From NCBI GenBank assembly GCA_964016885.1, contig OZ024743.1, positions 43,400,001 through 43,464,000 on the forward strand: DNA of 64,000 nucleotides, given 5' to 3'. Under the pieces are notes generated by a model that saw nothing but the letters and a program-made list of their open reading frames with translations, ran no database searches and was not told where the DNA came from. Both the position numbers and the translations under genes were made by a program. Positions 12,703 to 25,508 of the stretch are shown here, one piece after another (positions within the stretch are counted from its first letter, which is position 1; each line of letters opens with the position of its first letter). The DNA is from Eledone cirrhosa. Taxonomy: Eukaryota.

Positions 12703-12925
12703 AACTGGAACCGTCGAGCAAACTCTACGTGAGCTGATAATCTACTGTGTGTAATATTTATATTACAACACAACGGAAAATACTGTATATATATATATAT
12801 ATATATATATTCATGGCGCTGGATATAAGCCAGAATGCTGAGAAGGTCGTGTGCAAAAGCACATGTATTAGGCTTGCGACAGATCAGTCTTAAGATTATT
12901 ATCTTAGGAGAAGTGATTTTAATTT

Positions 12926-13114
12926 CTGGGTGCCTACCGAAGATCAGGGAAAATTGATTACTTCACTAATAATTATTTTATAAATAGCTGTTCCGTAATT
13001 AATTAATTATTTCATTAGTATACCATCCCTTGTGAAACAGGTTTATGTTTTGAAGTTCCGCCCGATCTGCTGAAAAGGTTTGAATTTTGAAATTTAAACT
13101 TGTCTAGGCACCAG
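12926..13114 (+). ncRNA. Large type I hammerhead ribozyme with extended helices II and III (core CCGAAGA)
   Basis: Helix I GGTGCCTA/TAGGCACC (8 bp); core CCGAAGA; helix II CAGGGA...TCCCTTG; GAAA; helix III ACAGGTTTA/TAAACTTGT (9 bp); GUC at 13102-13104. The ~0.47-kb host segment is flanked by (TA)n. Confidence 0.75.
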
Positions 13115-13659
13115 GCAGTTGCCATTTTACGTCTGTAAGTATAGATTTAATATTTAATAGTTTCTAGATCGATACAGACGGACTATATGTACTTGAATTA
13201 AGGTATTTCTATCTGGCTAAAAAATTATTGTCATTTTGCAAAAAAAACACATTAGTGTTGATCATATATTTTTTTAAATTTTAATATATATATATATATA
13301 TATAAGTTAAAAACAAAAAACAAAAACAATAACGAGGAGTGCAGTACAAACAGTGTTAGTATTAGATTCACGCTTGAGAGTGGGAAGGAAAAGAGTTCCG
13401 AGGTTGTGAGGAGGAGTGGTGGAAAAACATTAAAATGGTGGAAATTTAAGAGGAAGGTATATATATACACACACATTTATTACAATAAGAGAGATAGTTT
13501 AAAGCTAAACTCTGACTGGTGACCATCTCAGTCAACAAACATTAGGTTATATTTAAATATAAACCCAAATTAAGTGTTTGGGGTAATAACAATATATATA
13601 ATGTGGAAAAACCAGTTGTATTATTTTATGAGATATAATTAAAGTTAAAGTATATCTCT

Positions 13660-13784
13660 TTCCAAACAATTGTTTCATTATAAGTTTTCTACAAGTTGGG
13701 AGAATGTTTCCAGTTTATGTAGAAGCCTAATATATATTCATGTAAGAATATATTTAGGTGGGCACTTATAAATCATCAGTGGAA
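13660..13784 (-). ncRNA. Type I hammerhead ribozyme with branched helix II insertion
   Basis: Minus strand: TTCCA-CTGATGA-t-TTATAAG...CTTATAA-t-GAAA-CAATTG-TT-TGGAA; palindromic helix III. Confidence 0.85.
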
Positions 13785-14662
13785 GCCCGTTAAACTTTGA
13801 TATAAGAAAATAATTTCTTACCACTGTCAAAAATCGTGTCCGTAAAGTTACTCTCTCTCGCCTCGAATGACCGTCAAATTTGAAATTCCAGCAGTTTTGG
13901 GCTGAGGAAGTATCATAGCGACACGAAGCGGGAAGGGGAGACAACCCACGATCCACGAAATGAGGAAAAAAAATAATAATATACACGCGGGTTAATTAGT
14001 TTTTTTGAAAACATTATCAATCCAACGTGTTTAAGAACTCAATTGAAAATAAAAAAATAAATATATGCTTGTATAAATTACACACGCATATAGATATTTT
14101 CTTAGGCTTCAGAAGTTGTACCCGAATAAGAACCGCTTCTCATAACCGCAGTAAATGCAGAAAGTTATGCTATAAAGGGCAAATATGAATATAATTCTCC
14201 GGCCGAATTAAGAGTAAAATATAAAAATACACGCGGGTTAATTAGTTATTTCAAAACCAATATTAATTCCTCGTGTAAAGAACTCAATTAATAAAAGAAA
14301 ATAAATAAATATATGCATGTAATTATATACGTAGGCATATATATATATTTTCTTAGGCTAAAAAACTGAGAAGTTACAACCAAAAAAAGCCACAATATTT
14401 CACAACAGTAATAAATACGGAAAGTCATATTCATAAGGTACCTGGAAATAAACTCCTCTGGCCAATCAAGAGTAAATATTTAATACAATAACAGAGATAG
14501 TTTAAAGCTAAACTCTGACTGGTGACCATCTCAGTCAACAAACATTAGGTTATATTTAAATATAAACCCAATTTAAGTGTTTGGGTTGCTAACAATATGT
14601 ATAATGTGGAAAAACCAGTTGTATTATTTTATGAGATATAATTAAAGTTAAAGTATATCTCT

Positions 14663-14787
14663 TACCAAACAATTGTTTCATTATAAGTGTTCTACAAGTT
14701 GGGAGAATGTTTCTAGTTTATGTAGAAGCCTAATATATATTCATGTAAGAATATATTTAGGTGGGCACTTATAAATCATCAGTGGAA
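14663..14787 (-). ncRNA. Type I hammerhead ribozyme (second repeat copy)
   Basis: Same motif as 13660-13784 with one helix I mismatch (TGGTA). Confidence 0.8.
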
Positions 14788-15139
14788 GCCCGTTCACACA
14801 TATATAATTCGAAGCACCTCCGTATAAGTGGATTAACAGCAGCCCGTCTGGGGGAAGGAGCCCCATGAGATGGGGTAGCTGTTGCAGGGTATGGGGCTGG
14901 CCATTGTCCGTTGAAATGCATTGTCTGTGTGGCGCAACCGAATAACCACTCTGATTTATGTGTAGAATATTCCTCTCTTTACCATCCCCCTTTATTTCTT
15001 CTTTTGTCCAATAGTCCATTCTCTTACCCTCCCTTTCTTCTCATTTATATCATTTATAATATTTCCCTGTATGGTTACCCAAATTTAAATAAAAAAATAA
15101 CATAAATAAAATATATGTATATATGTGTGTATATATGAG

Positions 15140-15500
15140 ATGTATATATGTAGCATACTCTAAAATTATGGCTCCTTGGATGCTGAAATACATCTGCGCA
15201 TCCAGAGGTCTCTGTTGCCTTCGGAAAATTGGAAAAGAGAGTTTGGGCAAATCGCATCATTACCAACAATATCAAGATGTGTGTGTTTAGAGCATGTGCT
15301 CTGTCTGCTCTTAAATACTCCTCCAAAACCTGGACGCAAACACACCAAATTGCTTGAACATTTTCAGCAGAAATGTTTAAGGCGCATATTCAACATCAAG
15401 TGGCAAGATAGAACTCCTGCCATTCATTTATTTATCAAAGTAGAATGTCCAAGTATTAAGTCCCAAGTAACATCTTCTCAAATGAGCTACACAGGACATA
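15140..15500 (+). mobile_element. RTE-clade LINE remnant (post-RT region)
   Basis: DAEIHLRIQ..., KLLEHFQQKCLRRIFNIKWQDR...CPSI motifs with frameshifts. Confidence 0.75.
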
Positions 15501-15547
15501 CTATGTATGTATGTAAGTATGTATGTATGTACTACCTGTCGCATGCT

Positions 15548-15682
15548 CGGGTCGTCGGCGACTAAACCGGCAACCCCACCAAGTTTACTTGGTGAGGAGG
15601 GTGATTTTTGACATCCTGCAGGACAAAAATCAAAACCTGACAAAGGGTCGAAGAACTCATAAGAGTTAACAGCCATCCAAAA
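15548..15682. repeat. Dispersed repeat, unclassified (paralog at 55173-55306)
   Basis: GGGTCGTyGGCGACTAAACyGGCAACCCCACCAAG...CATCCTGCAGGAC...GCCATCCAAAA is present at both sites. Confidence 0.75.
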
Positions 15683-17920
15683 GTGTGTAAATATGTATAT
15701 ACACATGTACATATGTGCGTTTATGTATATATGCATGGGTGCATGTGTATGTATATCCGCGGGGACATAGAAATAGTTGGGCTGACACCCGATCACGCGG
15801 TTAAACCACTGGGAGTGAAGGACAACTAGCTTTTGTCAGGGCATTCTTCTAGGAAACTGGGATAACTCCGATATATATCTGCGGCTCAGTAGTTACCGAT
15901 GATGTTTATCGTTTCTTCTCTTCGGCTTATAGCTACTTATCGCTCAGAGAGTGGGATTGGCTCAGTCTTTCCTCACTTAAAAAAAATATTCACGCACTAG
16001 CATTACACGATAGCATTAATTAATAATTATTAATAATGTTATATCTAGCAACGTCCATACTCGATAACGAGGGGGCAGCCATCATCATGTATGTATGTAT
16101 GCTTGTATGTATGTATGTATGTTTTTATGTGCATGGAATCTGGTGAAATAAAAATAACATAAGGACAATGTACCAATGACGGCATTTTGACCATCATTTT
16201 TTAATTGTTTATGAGTTGTTCAGCAAGTCTAGCATGTAAAAAGCAGTATACCTTAAATAATGATTTCCATTTTAGAATATAATTCAATTTTTGTAATGTA
16301 AAGTAAATTATATTCTAATATTTCATGACAAATATTTTCCAGATTTCTTTTTGGTAAATAAAATTGTATATAATTCGTTTTTAAACAAAATAAGTAAATG
16401 AATTAAAATTGATCTCCTCGTGTCTGCGAATTACATGCATTTGGATATCTTAAATACAGTTTTAAGAAATGTGATAAAAATAAGACTTTCGATATTAGAA
16501 TTTGAACCATCCAAATTAACGTAATAACATCTGTATTATTTATGTCTTAATGTATCAAATGTATAATTGATTCTCCCAAACAGTTTGTTTCGATCAATTC
16601 GATTTAACACAACCTTCACGCCATATTCCTTAACTAACGCTGGGTATAAATATCTAAATTATATTAAATTCTACACATCCTACGATGCATTTAGCTCGAT
16701 GAAAAACATGTATAGGTGCAGAGATATATACACATATACCAAATGTTATATATAAGCGATTATGACTACAAATTAGATTAGATTCAGTATTGGATTAGAA
16801 AGAAACATGTTTGAAAAACTGTGTCAGTACTAAGCAGATGGATATGTATTGTGTAACGAAACATCTGTTGTCGTTTTTTAAATATATATACAGCCATTCG
16901 CTTTAATTAACTTTACCAATACACATGTGTGCTTTAAACAGATTTGGTGATATTGCCCAACTGTTGATTATATGATGTATCTATTCATGCTGAGAAACCA
17001 CCTTAAAAATTGAAGCCCTAGAATAATTATAATGTATAACGTCGATTAGAAATATTTGGATTACTGATTCGGAAATTGGCGCCGAAATGTTTATCAACAA
17101 CTCACGATCAAATATTTTGATTTTAAAACATCAATATTAATGCATACATAGTATTAAAACAAACACAACTTATATCATTACAAAAGCTGTAAGTAATGGC
17201 GTTGTTTATAAAAATGTTTTGCGTAATTAAACAGTGAATCGAGTATGTTAAGGACAGAAAATATTTAATGACTCGAGGAATAATACTTATTTTTTTGCAT
17301 CGTTTTCAATACATTTATGGAAGAGATCAGCTCCAGTTTTTAGTAATATAAGCTGTAACACGAGCATCAATGGTGACAACCACTACAGTTACTTACATCT
17401 TTTGCTTTATAATTCTGAGGATATAAACAATGAGCTGAAATAAATAAACGGATTTAGTAATGTATGCTTTGTTTGAATAATGTTATTTTAATAAGGATGT
17501 ATTATATTAATAACACTAATATTCTTAAATTATAACATAATAATCCGACTAACATTTAACTAGAGCTGATAGTGGATATCGGATTCCATTTTTAGAATCA
17601 GGAGTTCAAATATATGCAAAGCTAGATTCTATTTACAATAGGCTCCCTCAAATCAGCCAAGAAGCTTATAGCGATATATGATTTATCTTACAGGCTATAG
17701 GTGTACATTGGTTATCGGTGACTCAAATATCGGTATGAAGTTTTCTGAATTAACAGAAATACATTGGAATGTCAAATATAATTTCCATTTCTTTCCTACA
17801 TACACACTCAATATATTATATATATATGTATATATATATATATGTGTGTGTGTATATATGTGTTTGCATGTGTGCGTGTGTATGTGAGTGTGTGTGTGCG
17901 TGCGTGTGTATATGTGTTTT

Positions 17921-18184
17921 GAACTCAGATCATAAATGGCCGTAACCCTTTGCTGCAAAGCATGTCGCCCGACCCTCTACCGATACTGCCAATCGACCGC
18001 CCTTTCTCTAAATTCTCTAAATAATTGTTTCTACTTTTGGCACAAGGCCAGCAATTATCTCAGTGTATTACTGGTTCTTTATTTTATAGACCCCGTAAGG
18101 ATGAAAGGCAAAGTTAACCTCGGCGGAACTTGAACTTAGAACATAAAGGGTGTCAGACGCTCTACCGATTCTGCCAGTCCACCA
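17921..18184 (-). mobile_element. Two partial tRNA-derived SINE copies
   Basis: Homology to the SINE family (e.g. GACCCCGTAAGGATGAAAGGCAAAGTTAACCTCGGCGG; CTCTACCGATACTGCCAATC). Confidence 0.8.
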
Positions 18185-19120
18185 AGTTATCTAAATAATA
18201 GAAACAAATCTTTAGGCTTATAAGCTACTCTTACATATAGAAAATACACGAAATAGATACACGAAAATAGTAATTCTAAATCACATGTTAAATCACAAAA
18301 CCATACATCTAATGAAATATCGTTTAGGAGATGAAAAATGTAACCAAATAAACAATAACCCTCAGTACATGTCCCACCAAAGAGAACATAATTTTTTCTT
18401 CTATTAAATAGAGGAAACGTAAATATAATATTTCGTGGTTTACTCCATCCCATCGGCTGAATGTGGCTTCCAATCTAACTAGAATATTCTGCAGTATTTT
18501 GGAATGTATTTTTGCACAAAATCAAAAGTACGATAAGTTAATCAATGCAAATACAGTAAAGTTGTCATTCTCGACCACTCATATTTTAAATTATTATATA
18601 GCCTTCAGCAATCACCATACGTTTCTAACCTTATTTCCTCCATAAACAGCATAATTATAGTTTAAAATAACCAACAGAGCAGGAAAGCTCCTAAGACAAA
18701 TAAACTTTGAATGAAATGGTGGAGATTAAATAATCTCCACAACAACCATAGGCCTAGAATTCTCTCCTCAATGGTCCCACGCCGAGAAACATCTTTGAAA
18801 TTACTGGCCTCTTCAACAATTAACATGGCATATATATCTTCTTAGTGGTGTTCGTGGTTATTCCACGTTGAGGTGTTCTAGATAACAACTGCAACTGGTG
18901 GATGTGCCCCGACTTAGGCCAAAACAGGACTTTCGATATGTCTCTTACTATCCTTTCCCTTTTCACCTCTTTACTTGGTTACTCTCCTATCTTTCATCCT
19001 TTAAGTAAGCAATTTCTTCTTCACGGCCTCCAGCACCAGCAGAAAACGTTGGTCGAAAAGACCAAGGAAACGTACGTGCCTAATATAATACCCTTATAGT
19101 AACTGGCCTTAATTATTATT

Positions 19121-19246
<126 letters not shown>

Positions 19247-19401
19247 ATATATATATATATATATATATGTATATTGTTATATTTGGGGAAGGTCATATTG
19301 TTATAATATAACCAGAAATGTATAATAAATCACACTCACTGTTTGGTTTGTATTGGTTTTCGCTTCCAAACAAAATATAAGGATATTATATATCCTTATA
19401 G

Positions 19402-19585
19402 AGCGGTGGATTGGCAGTATCAGTAGAGGATCGGACGCCATGCTTTCCAGCATAGTTACGTCCCTTTACGATCTGAGTTCAAATCCCGTCGAGGTTGACT
19501 TTGCTTTTCATCCTTACGGGGTCGATAAAATAAAGTACCAGTAATGCACTGGGTAATTGCTGGCCTTGTGCCTAAAGTAGAAACA
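19402..19585 (+). mobile_element. tRNA-derived SINE (Nin/Deu-type central domain)
   Basis: A box TGGCAGTATCAG, B box GAGTTCAAATCC, TTTCATCCTTACGGGGTCGATAAA..GTACCAG domain; 17-bp TSD with 1 mismatch (19385-19401 / 19586-19602). Confidence 0.9.
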
Positions 19586-19663
19586 ATTATATATACTTAT
19601 AGTTAATTTAGCTGACAATCAATGCTTATCAGTCAAAAATAAATATATAAATATATATATAAA

Positions 19664-19711
19664 GTATCTCGGAGTTCTTTCGTCACACACCCTTGACATC
19701 ATCAGTGATAC
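19664..19711 (-). ncRNA. Degenerate hammerhead-like motif at the end of a CA-rich repeat fragment
   Basis: Minus strand: GTATCA-CTGATGA-T-GTCA/agggtgtg/TGAC-GAAA-gaactccga-GATAC; the cleavage triplet is not canonical. Confidence 0.4.
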
Positions 19712-20342
19712 TATTATGCTTCCTCCCGTTGTATTGCAACATTTACTTATTCTATTTTTTTATTTATTTTTGTATCGTTGTCTCTGTTGAAGCATGCGTT
19801 TCTGTGCGTGTTTTCTCTTTGGTGTATCTTCGTGTGTTTATCTCTGAGGTTGTGTATGTTTGTATTCTATATTTGGTCATTAGTGTGTGTTTATGTGTGG
19901 TTGTTTTTATTGTACCTGTGTATATTTATGTATATTTATCTTAGGTCACTATTGTATGTTTGTGTATGGTTGGTGTTGTTGTCATTCCATTCCTGTTTTC
20001 TGTTCAACTTCAGTTTTCTTCCTAATTTTTCTCCACGCTGCGTCAATTCTGTTTTGATATTATCTTAATTTCTATGTTGTTCATATTATCACAAGTCATA
20101 GTCTAGTGTGTTCATATAAATATGAGTATTGACGAAAAATATGAGTATTGACGTACATGTACGTCAATACTCATCTTTTTCCATTTTCTCCGAGGGTTCT
20201 TAACCCCACTATCAGGCTAAATAATTTCTTTAATTTCTTTAGTCAAATACGGCGATAGCTTACATTTATAATAATATATATATATATATATGTATATACA
20301 ATGATATTAAATAAATGGCAACTATATTTATAAAATCATATT

Positions 20343-20403
20343 TATTCTATTATGTATATTTCAAGGGTACCTAATCTTTGGTACGCTTTCATCAGATAAA
20401 ATA
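20343..20403 (-). ncRNA. Type I hammerhead ribozyme
   Basis: Minus strand: TATTTTAT-CTGATGA-AAGcGTACC/aaagatta/GGTACcCTT-GAAA-TATACA-TA-ATAGAATA; 8-bp helix I. Confidence 0.8.
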
Positions 20404-20733
20404 CAAAGTTTGTTTTATAAATGTTGACATAACCTAGTAAAGATACCTTATCGTTTCAAGTTTTCCTTGGATAGTGAATGGATAAGAGAAGAACAGTCAC
20501 ATATTTCAAATGATTAACATGAGTATGCAAATGAGGTTGAGGTATATGACTGAAAACAACGTTATTTTAGACGCTATGTAGAATTTAAATAATTAGCTTC
20601 TATGTATAGGAAGAAGGAGAAAAAGAAAGAAGAGCTTGTATTTACGGTAATTTAAAAGGAATTAACAATTTGGTGGAATTGTGGAATATGATTCCAGAAT
20701 TTAAATTTATTTAGCTATATTATGAGTTATAAT

Positions 20734-20910
20734 TGTTTCTACTATTGGCACAAAGCCAGAAATTACCCAGTACATTAATGGTACTTTATTTTATCGACCC
20801 CGTAAGGATGAAAGGCAAAGTTAACCTCGGCGGGATTTGAACTCAGAATGGCAAGGGCCGTAACTCTATGCGTCAAAGCATGGCGTCCAAACCTCTACCG
20901 ATACTGCCAA
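20734..20910 (-). mobile_element. tRNA-derived SINE nested in the PLE 3' UTR
   Basis: Family homology; TSD ATGAGTTATAAT (20722-20733 / 20911-20922). Confidence 0.9.
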
Positions 20911-23009
20911 ATGAGTTATAATATTGTATATATAATCAATTAGATTATATGAAGGATTATGGTTGTAAGTATATTTTATCTTATTACATTACAATAAGTT
21001 ATAATTATATAAATATCTATATAGATTATTAATTGTGCATGTATAAGTATTATAGAAATCTACTCAGTAAATATATAGAGAAAATTATATATTATTTTGT
21101 GTGAGATGAATTATTTTAGTCGAAAGATGTGTGAAAGTTTGAAGATCAAAAGGAGAGGAAAAAGGTAATGTGCATTTTGAAGTACTATCGTAAAGCGGAT
21201 ACATTTTCAGAATGTCAATTATAGATAATCAATCTACATCTAAAAAAATATATTTAGAGGGGTATCATTAAGAAAATAATGTCAGAAGTAAAAATATTGA
21301 AACATATATATTAAAAAAAAATAATGTCATAAGGTAAAAATAGTAGAAATATTAAAAAATTAAGAAGGAAGATCATTTTTTAAAAAAAATTCCATTTAAA
21401 TTATTAAAGAAAATAGGATCATTTTGAAGGTGTATAAGATATAGTAAAGTGTAATGAATATCATCAATTAAACATACTTCTGAAAGTGGAATGTTGGCGA
21501 TGTCTGCAAGAAGAAAATAATTCCGTTTTAAGATTAATAGAGGTTTGACAGTTAATTATATAAAAAGTTTCCTCGTTACAGAAGTTACAGAATCTTGAGA
21601 AAGCCATATTTCGGTATGCAGGTGCTTTCGAAATCGTTCCCCAAGATATTGAATAGTCTATAGTGTTGTCTTTTAAGTTCCAAGTTAAATGTGAAAGTGA
21701 AGTGGAAGATTTTTTATCGGATCTCTTAAATGTGTGTTTATGATTATATCAGCGTTCTTTGAATTTTGTGGAAGTGGTACCAATATAGTTAAATACTTTG
21801 TCTCTAGTTGTAACTGTGCATTTATAAATTATGTTTTTGTCTAAGCAATTATTTTGTAAAGGGCAGTTTCATTTAATTCTACAGTTACATTTTCTGGAGT
21901 TGTTGTTCGTTATGGTACTATTATTTTGAATATTGTTGTTAGAAATATTATTATTGCTATTTTGGTTAGTTTGGTTAGGGTTTACATGTAAGTTTCTATT
22001 ATTAATTCTATTATATTTGTGCTATGTTCTTAGTAATAGAGTAGGATAGTTTAATAGTGTGTCTGTTAAAAATAGAGTGGTATCTGTGGGCTTTAGGAAA
22101 ATATTTATCTATTGCTTTAAATAATAGCTTGCTAAAGGTGTTTTAACGCTTAATGAGAATGGGGGAGAGTACCAAATAATATTTCTAATTTGAGTCTTTT
22201 TTGTTTGATTTAGTGTTTAAGTTAAATTGTTTATTATTATTATAATTAATTCTAGGATGATTTGTCATGTTATTGTTATCTACGTATTTAATTTTATTCG
22301 AGTATCCTTCTCTATGTAAAGCTTAATTGTAATATTCTGCCTTATCATCAAAAATATTTTTATTAGCAGATATGCGTGTAATCCGTTGCTGGACGCTATT
22401 GACAATAGTGTTTTTAATATTTCTAGATGATTAGAATTGAAACTTATGTAATTTAGATTTTCGTTAATTTTATGGAATGGATAGTAAAGATCTGTGCTAA
22501 GGTTTAAGGTTACATCTAAAAAGTTAACAATTTTGTAATTATTCTCTATTTCTAAATTAAGGTTGTCGTTGTTGAAAAATTGTATTATGGATTTCATTTT
22601 CCTATTAATTTCACTATTGCTATTGTTTTCAATTAAAAGTAACATATCGTCACAATATAAACCTCCGGTCATCTCTGGCATTTTCCTATGCAGTACATTA
22701 TTAATAAATAATCCAACGAGGTCCGTTACTTGCGCCGAGTCAGATGATCCCATAGTGATATCAACATTGTTTTTTCTGTCGGCCCTTGTCCAGAGATGAT
22801 TATTAAATTATATTAGTGTTTTACGTGCTGTTAGAATTATATTCCTCTCATCACTAGATAATCTGTATGTTTAGAGGCGTAGATAAGTGCCTTATTAAGT
22901 AAGCTAGGAGGTAATAGAGGAGTGGTAATTTGCACTATCCATTTGACTGAATTTTTTGTTATGTTTTAATTTTATGTTATTGAACAAATTTATAACTTCA
23001 TTAGTACTA

Positions 23010-23235
23010 TATATATAGTGATAATAATGAATGTGAAGACTAAAATCCAAAGAGTGCTCGATTACGATAAATATTCATCAAATATATAAGAACCCTGTTT
23101 TCCTTCGGTTGCAACGTTTTTCGAAATATTTACTTCTGCGTTCACAGATTGATTTCTTTAATTTCAGAGAATCCCGTTACGGGTGAAAGCAGCGATTATT
23201 TGCTTAAACTTAAATCTGTTATTTTAATAAATATA
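23010..23235. repeat. Family A PLE-derived 3'-end repeat with internal inversion
   Basis: Homologous to 37080-37310; the first ~70 bp are the inverted extreme 3' end. Confidence 0.75.
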
Positions 23236-23242
23236 TATATAT

Positions 23243-23370
<128 letters not shown>

Positions 23371-24141
23371 TTGGGGTGAGCGTGTGTGAGAGAGGGATGA
23401 ATTGTGTGAAAAAGTTTGTTTAATTGGTGTTTAAATGATAGCTTCCTGACTTGAATATATATAAGAATGCTGCAACAGAACATGCGCTACTAAAAAAATA
23501 ACCTGTTGATATTTCGATGCATGTAAATGTTACGAGCAAAAAGATAGATAAATGTTAACTAGATGGATGGGAATCAAGTTAAAACAGTTTATATAAGATT
23601 TAAATGAAACATTATCGAATGAACTGCAGGAAATGTGTATACATGTGCGAAAAGATTTCGAAATGAATGATGGTATTTATTTTGTATGCAAATAAATATC
23701 ACGTTTGCTCGACATTTGGTAAAATGTGGTGCATTGATTCACAGCCGAATCTCGTAAAAACATATGTAAAAATGACCTAATTGAGGTCAACAAAAACAAA
23801 CAACAAATGCAATTAACAGTCTTGCTATATTTCCATATACATGCATACATTCACATATTCACACACTCATATCGTTAATAGACACACACACAACCTATGT
23901 CGTTTTCTTATAATTTCTCACTATGTCTCCCCCTTTCACTATCTCCTGCTCTCTCTCTTTCCCCCTCTCTCGCTATCTCTCTACACACACACAAATATAT
24001 ATATAGAGAAAGAGAAAGAAAGAGTTAGATAGATGTTTGGTGTGAGAGTATGTATATGTGTGTGAGTGCGTGTGTGTATGTGTGTGTATGTGTGTATGTA
24101 CGTGTGCGTGTGTGTGTGTGTGTATATATATATATACACAT

Positions 24142-24184
<43 letters not shown>

Positions 24185-25319
24185 CACCCACGAGCATACT
24201 AACATAGAGACAAGCACTTTTACATTTTATTGGTTTTGTCATTAGACTGCGGCTATGTTTGTGCACCACCTTGAATCTCTTGAATGGACTTTAGTCGATC
24301 ATATCGACCCGTGTAATTATATTTCCAAGTTTAGTAATATCGAACCTCATGGAGATTAATTCCTGTAAGAATGCATATGTAGAGTAAGTAAGTGTGTATC
24401 TTTGAATAGCGTTCGTAATGTGTTATTGCTGTGATGTTGAGTGTACCATTGTTTTTAATTTTAACGTAAATTTATTTCTCATTTTTACGATCTGTCATTT
24501 GTATTGGATATACAGAATGGTAGTTAATATGTGGACTTTATTGAAGTATTATTAGTACACACTTTATTATATCCTTTCATTCCTGGTATCAGCTGCATAA
24601 ATATTTGTTCACTTTCATCACCCTTCGTTTCTTATAAAGCTCGATAAAGGTATGTTTTACCAGAATTTAACATACCTTATATCTCTCTTCCCTAAGACGG
24701 AGAAATATTGTTTTCGAGAACCGTGACTTTTTATTGCAGATCTATCTAGGCGGAGGGGATTCATACTGTTCTTAAAGTTTCGTTAAGTTGTTCCATATAA
24801 GAAATACATGATCGGCGACCGAAAATTTAAAATAATTCAGTATTTTACAGATGCATTTTTGCTGTCCATCCTTGCTATCATATGTTTCAACCCAAACTAT
24901 ATATAGGATTGAAAGCGTTGAAACACACTGGAATGGTTTAATAATGTTTGTAGGTTCCATGTCCTATACGACATCCATACAATGTTACCCCCATTAATAT
25001 GGGTCTGGACCTTTTAAAGATATTTATTTAGTTATAGGATCACTTGATCAGGAATGAGTGCCGATTACCCGTTAATTCCTCAAAAATCAACATGAGAACA
25101 ATCCTTATTTATGAGGGAAATATATTTACTTCTATAGCTATTGCTTTAAATTTGTATAATTGAACAAGTGGGCCATTTGTGGTATAACTTTTATTCCCCT
25201 TTACTGTATAATGCCAAACAATAAAGAAATTATCAATATATTTATCGACTACTGGATGTGGGCATACTGATGGTGTTTGAGAATTTCATGTCAGAAAACA
25301 AACATTACTATCATTAAAT

Positions 25320-25508
25320 TGTTTCTACTTTTGGCACAAGGCCAGCAAATACCCAGTACATTACTGGTACTTTATATTTTATCGACCCCGTAAAGATGAA
25401 AGGCAAAGTTAACCTCGGCAGGATTTGAACTCAGAATGGCAAGGGCCGTAACACTATGCGTCAAGGTATGGCGTCCGATCCTCTACCGATACTGCCAATC
25501 TACTGTCT
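25320..25508 (-). mobile_element. tRNA-derived SINE
   Basis: Family homology; TSD TATCATTAAAT (25309-25319 / 25509-25519). Confidence 0.9.

Larger units (their letters stand above)
8081..12790 (-). mobile_element. Full-length Penelope-like retroelement (Naiad-like) with tandem pseudo-LTRs and an inverted terminal fragment
   Basis: Intact ORF 9142-11463; direct repeats 8081-9152 and 11629-12702; 12703-12790 is the reverse complement of 11513-11600; both ends abut (TA)n. Confidence 0.95.
13481..14794 (-). mobile_element. Non-coding retrozyme-like / non-autonomous PLE element: two 311-bp HHR-containing direct repeats 1003 bp apart
   Basis: 13481-13791 matches 14484-14794; internal ~250-bp tandem duplication (13981-14226 / 14227-14481); possible TSD CACACATTTAT (13470-13480) / CACACATATAT (14795-14805); no meaningful ORF. 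Confidence 0.8.
20300..23009 (-). mobile_element. Decayed, 5'-truncated Naiad-like PLE (interrupted by a SINE)
   Basis: MGSSDSAQVTDLVGL, GGLYCDDML, NFLDVTLNL, CNC..NCPLQNNCLDKNIIYKC..YIGTT, CNFC, CRHR; collinear with the 773-aa ORF; stops and frameshifts; 3' UTR ends in an HHR next to (TA)n. Confidence 0.9.

Noticed and set aside
19030-19082. TTGGTC/GACCAA hairpin followed by GAAA-CGTACG, resembling an HHR 3' half after a possible PLE ORF tail
   Set aside because: No convincing core, cleavage triplet or helix I; at most a decayed relic.
21740-21880. In-frame TGA codons in the decayed Naiad as possible selenocysteines
   Set aside because: They align to non-Cys positions (D and L in the intact paralog), and the copy also has TAA stops and frameshifts.
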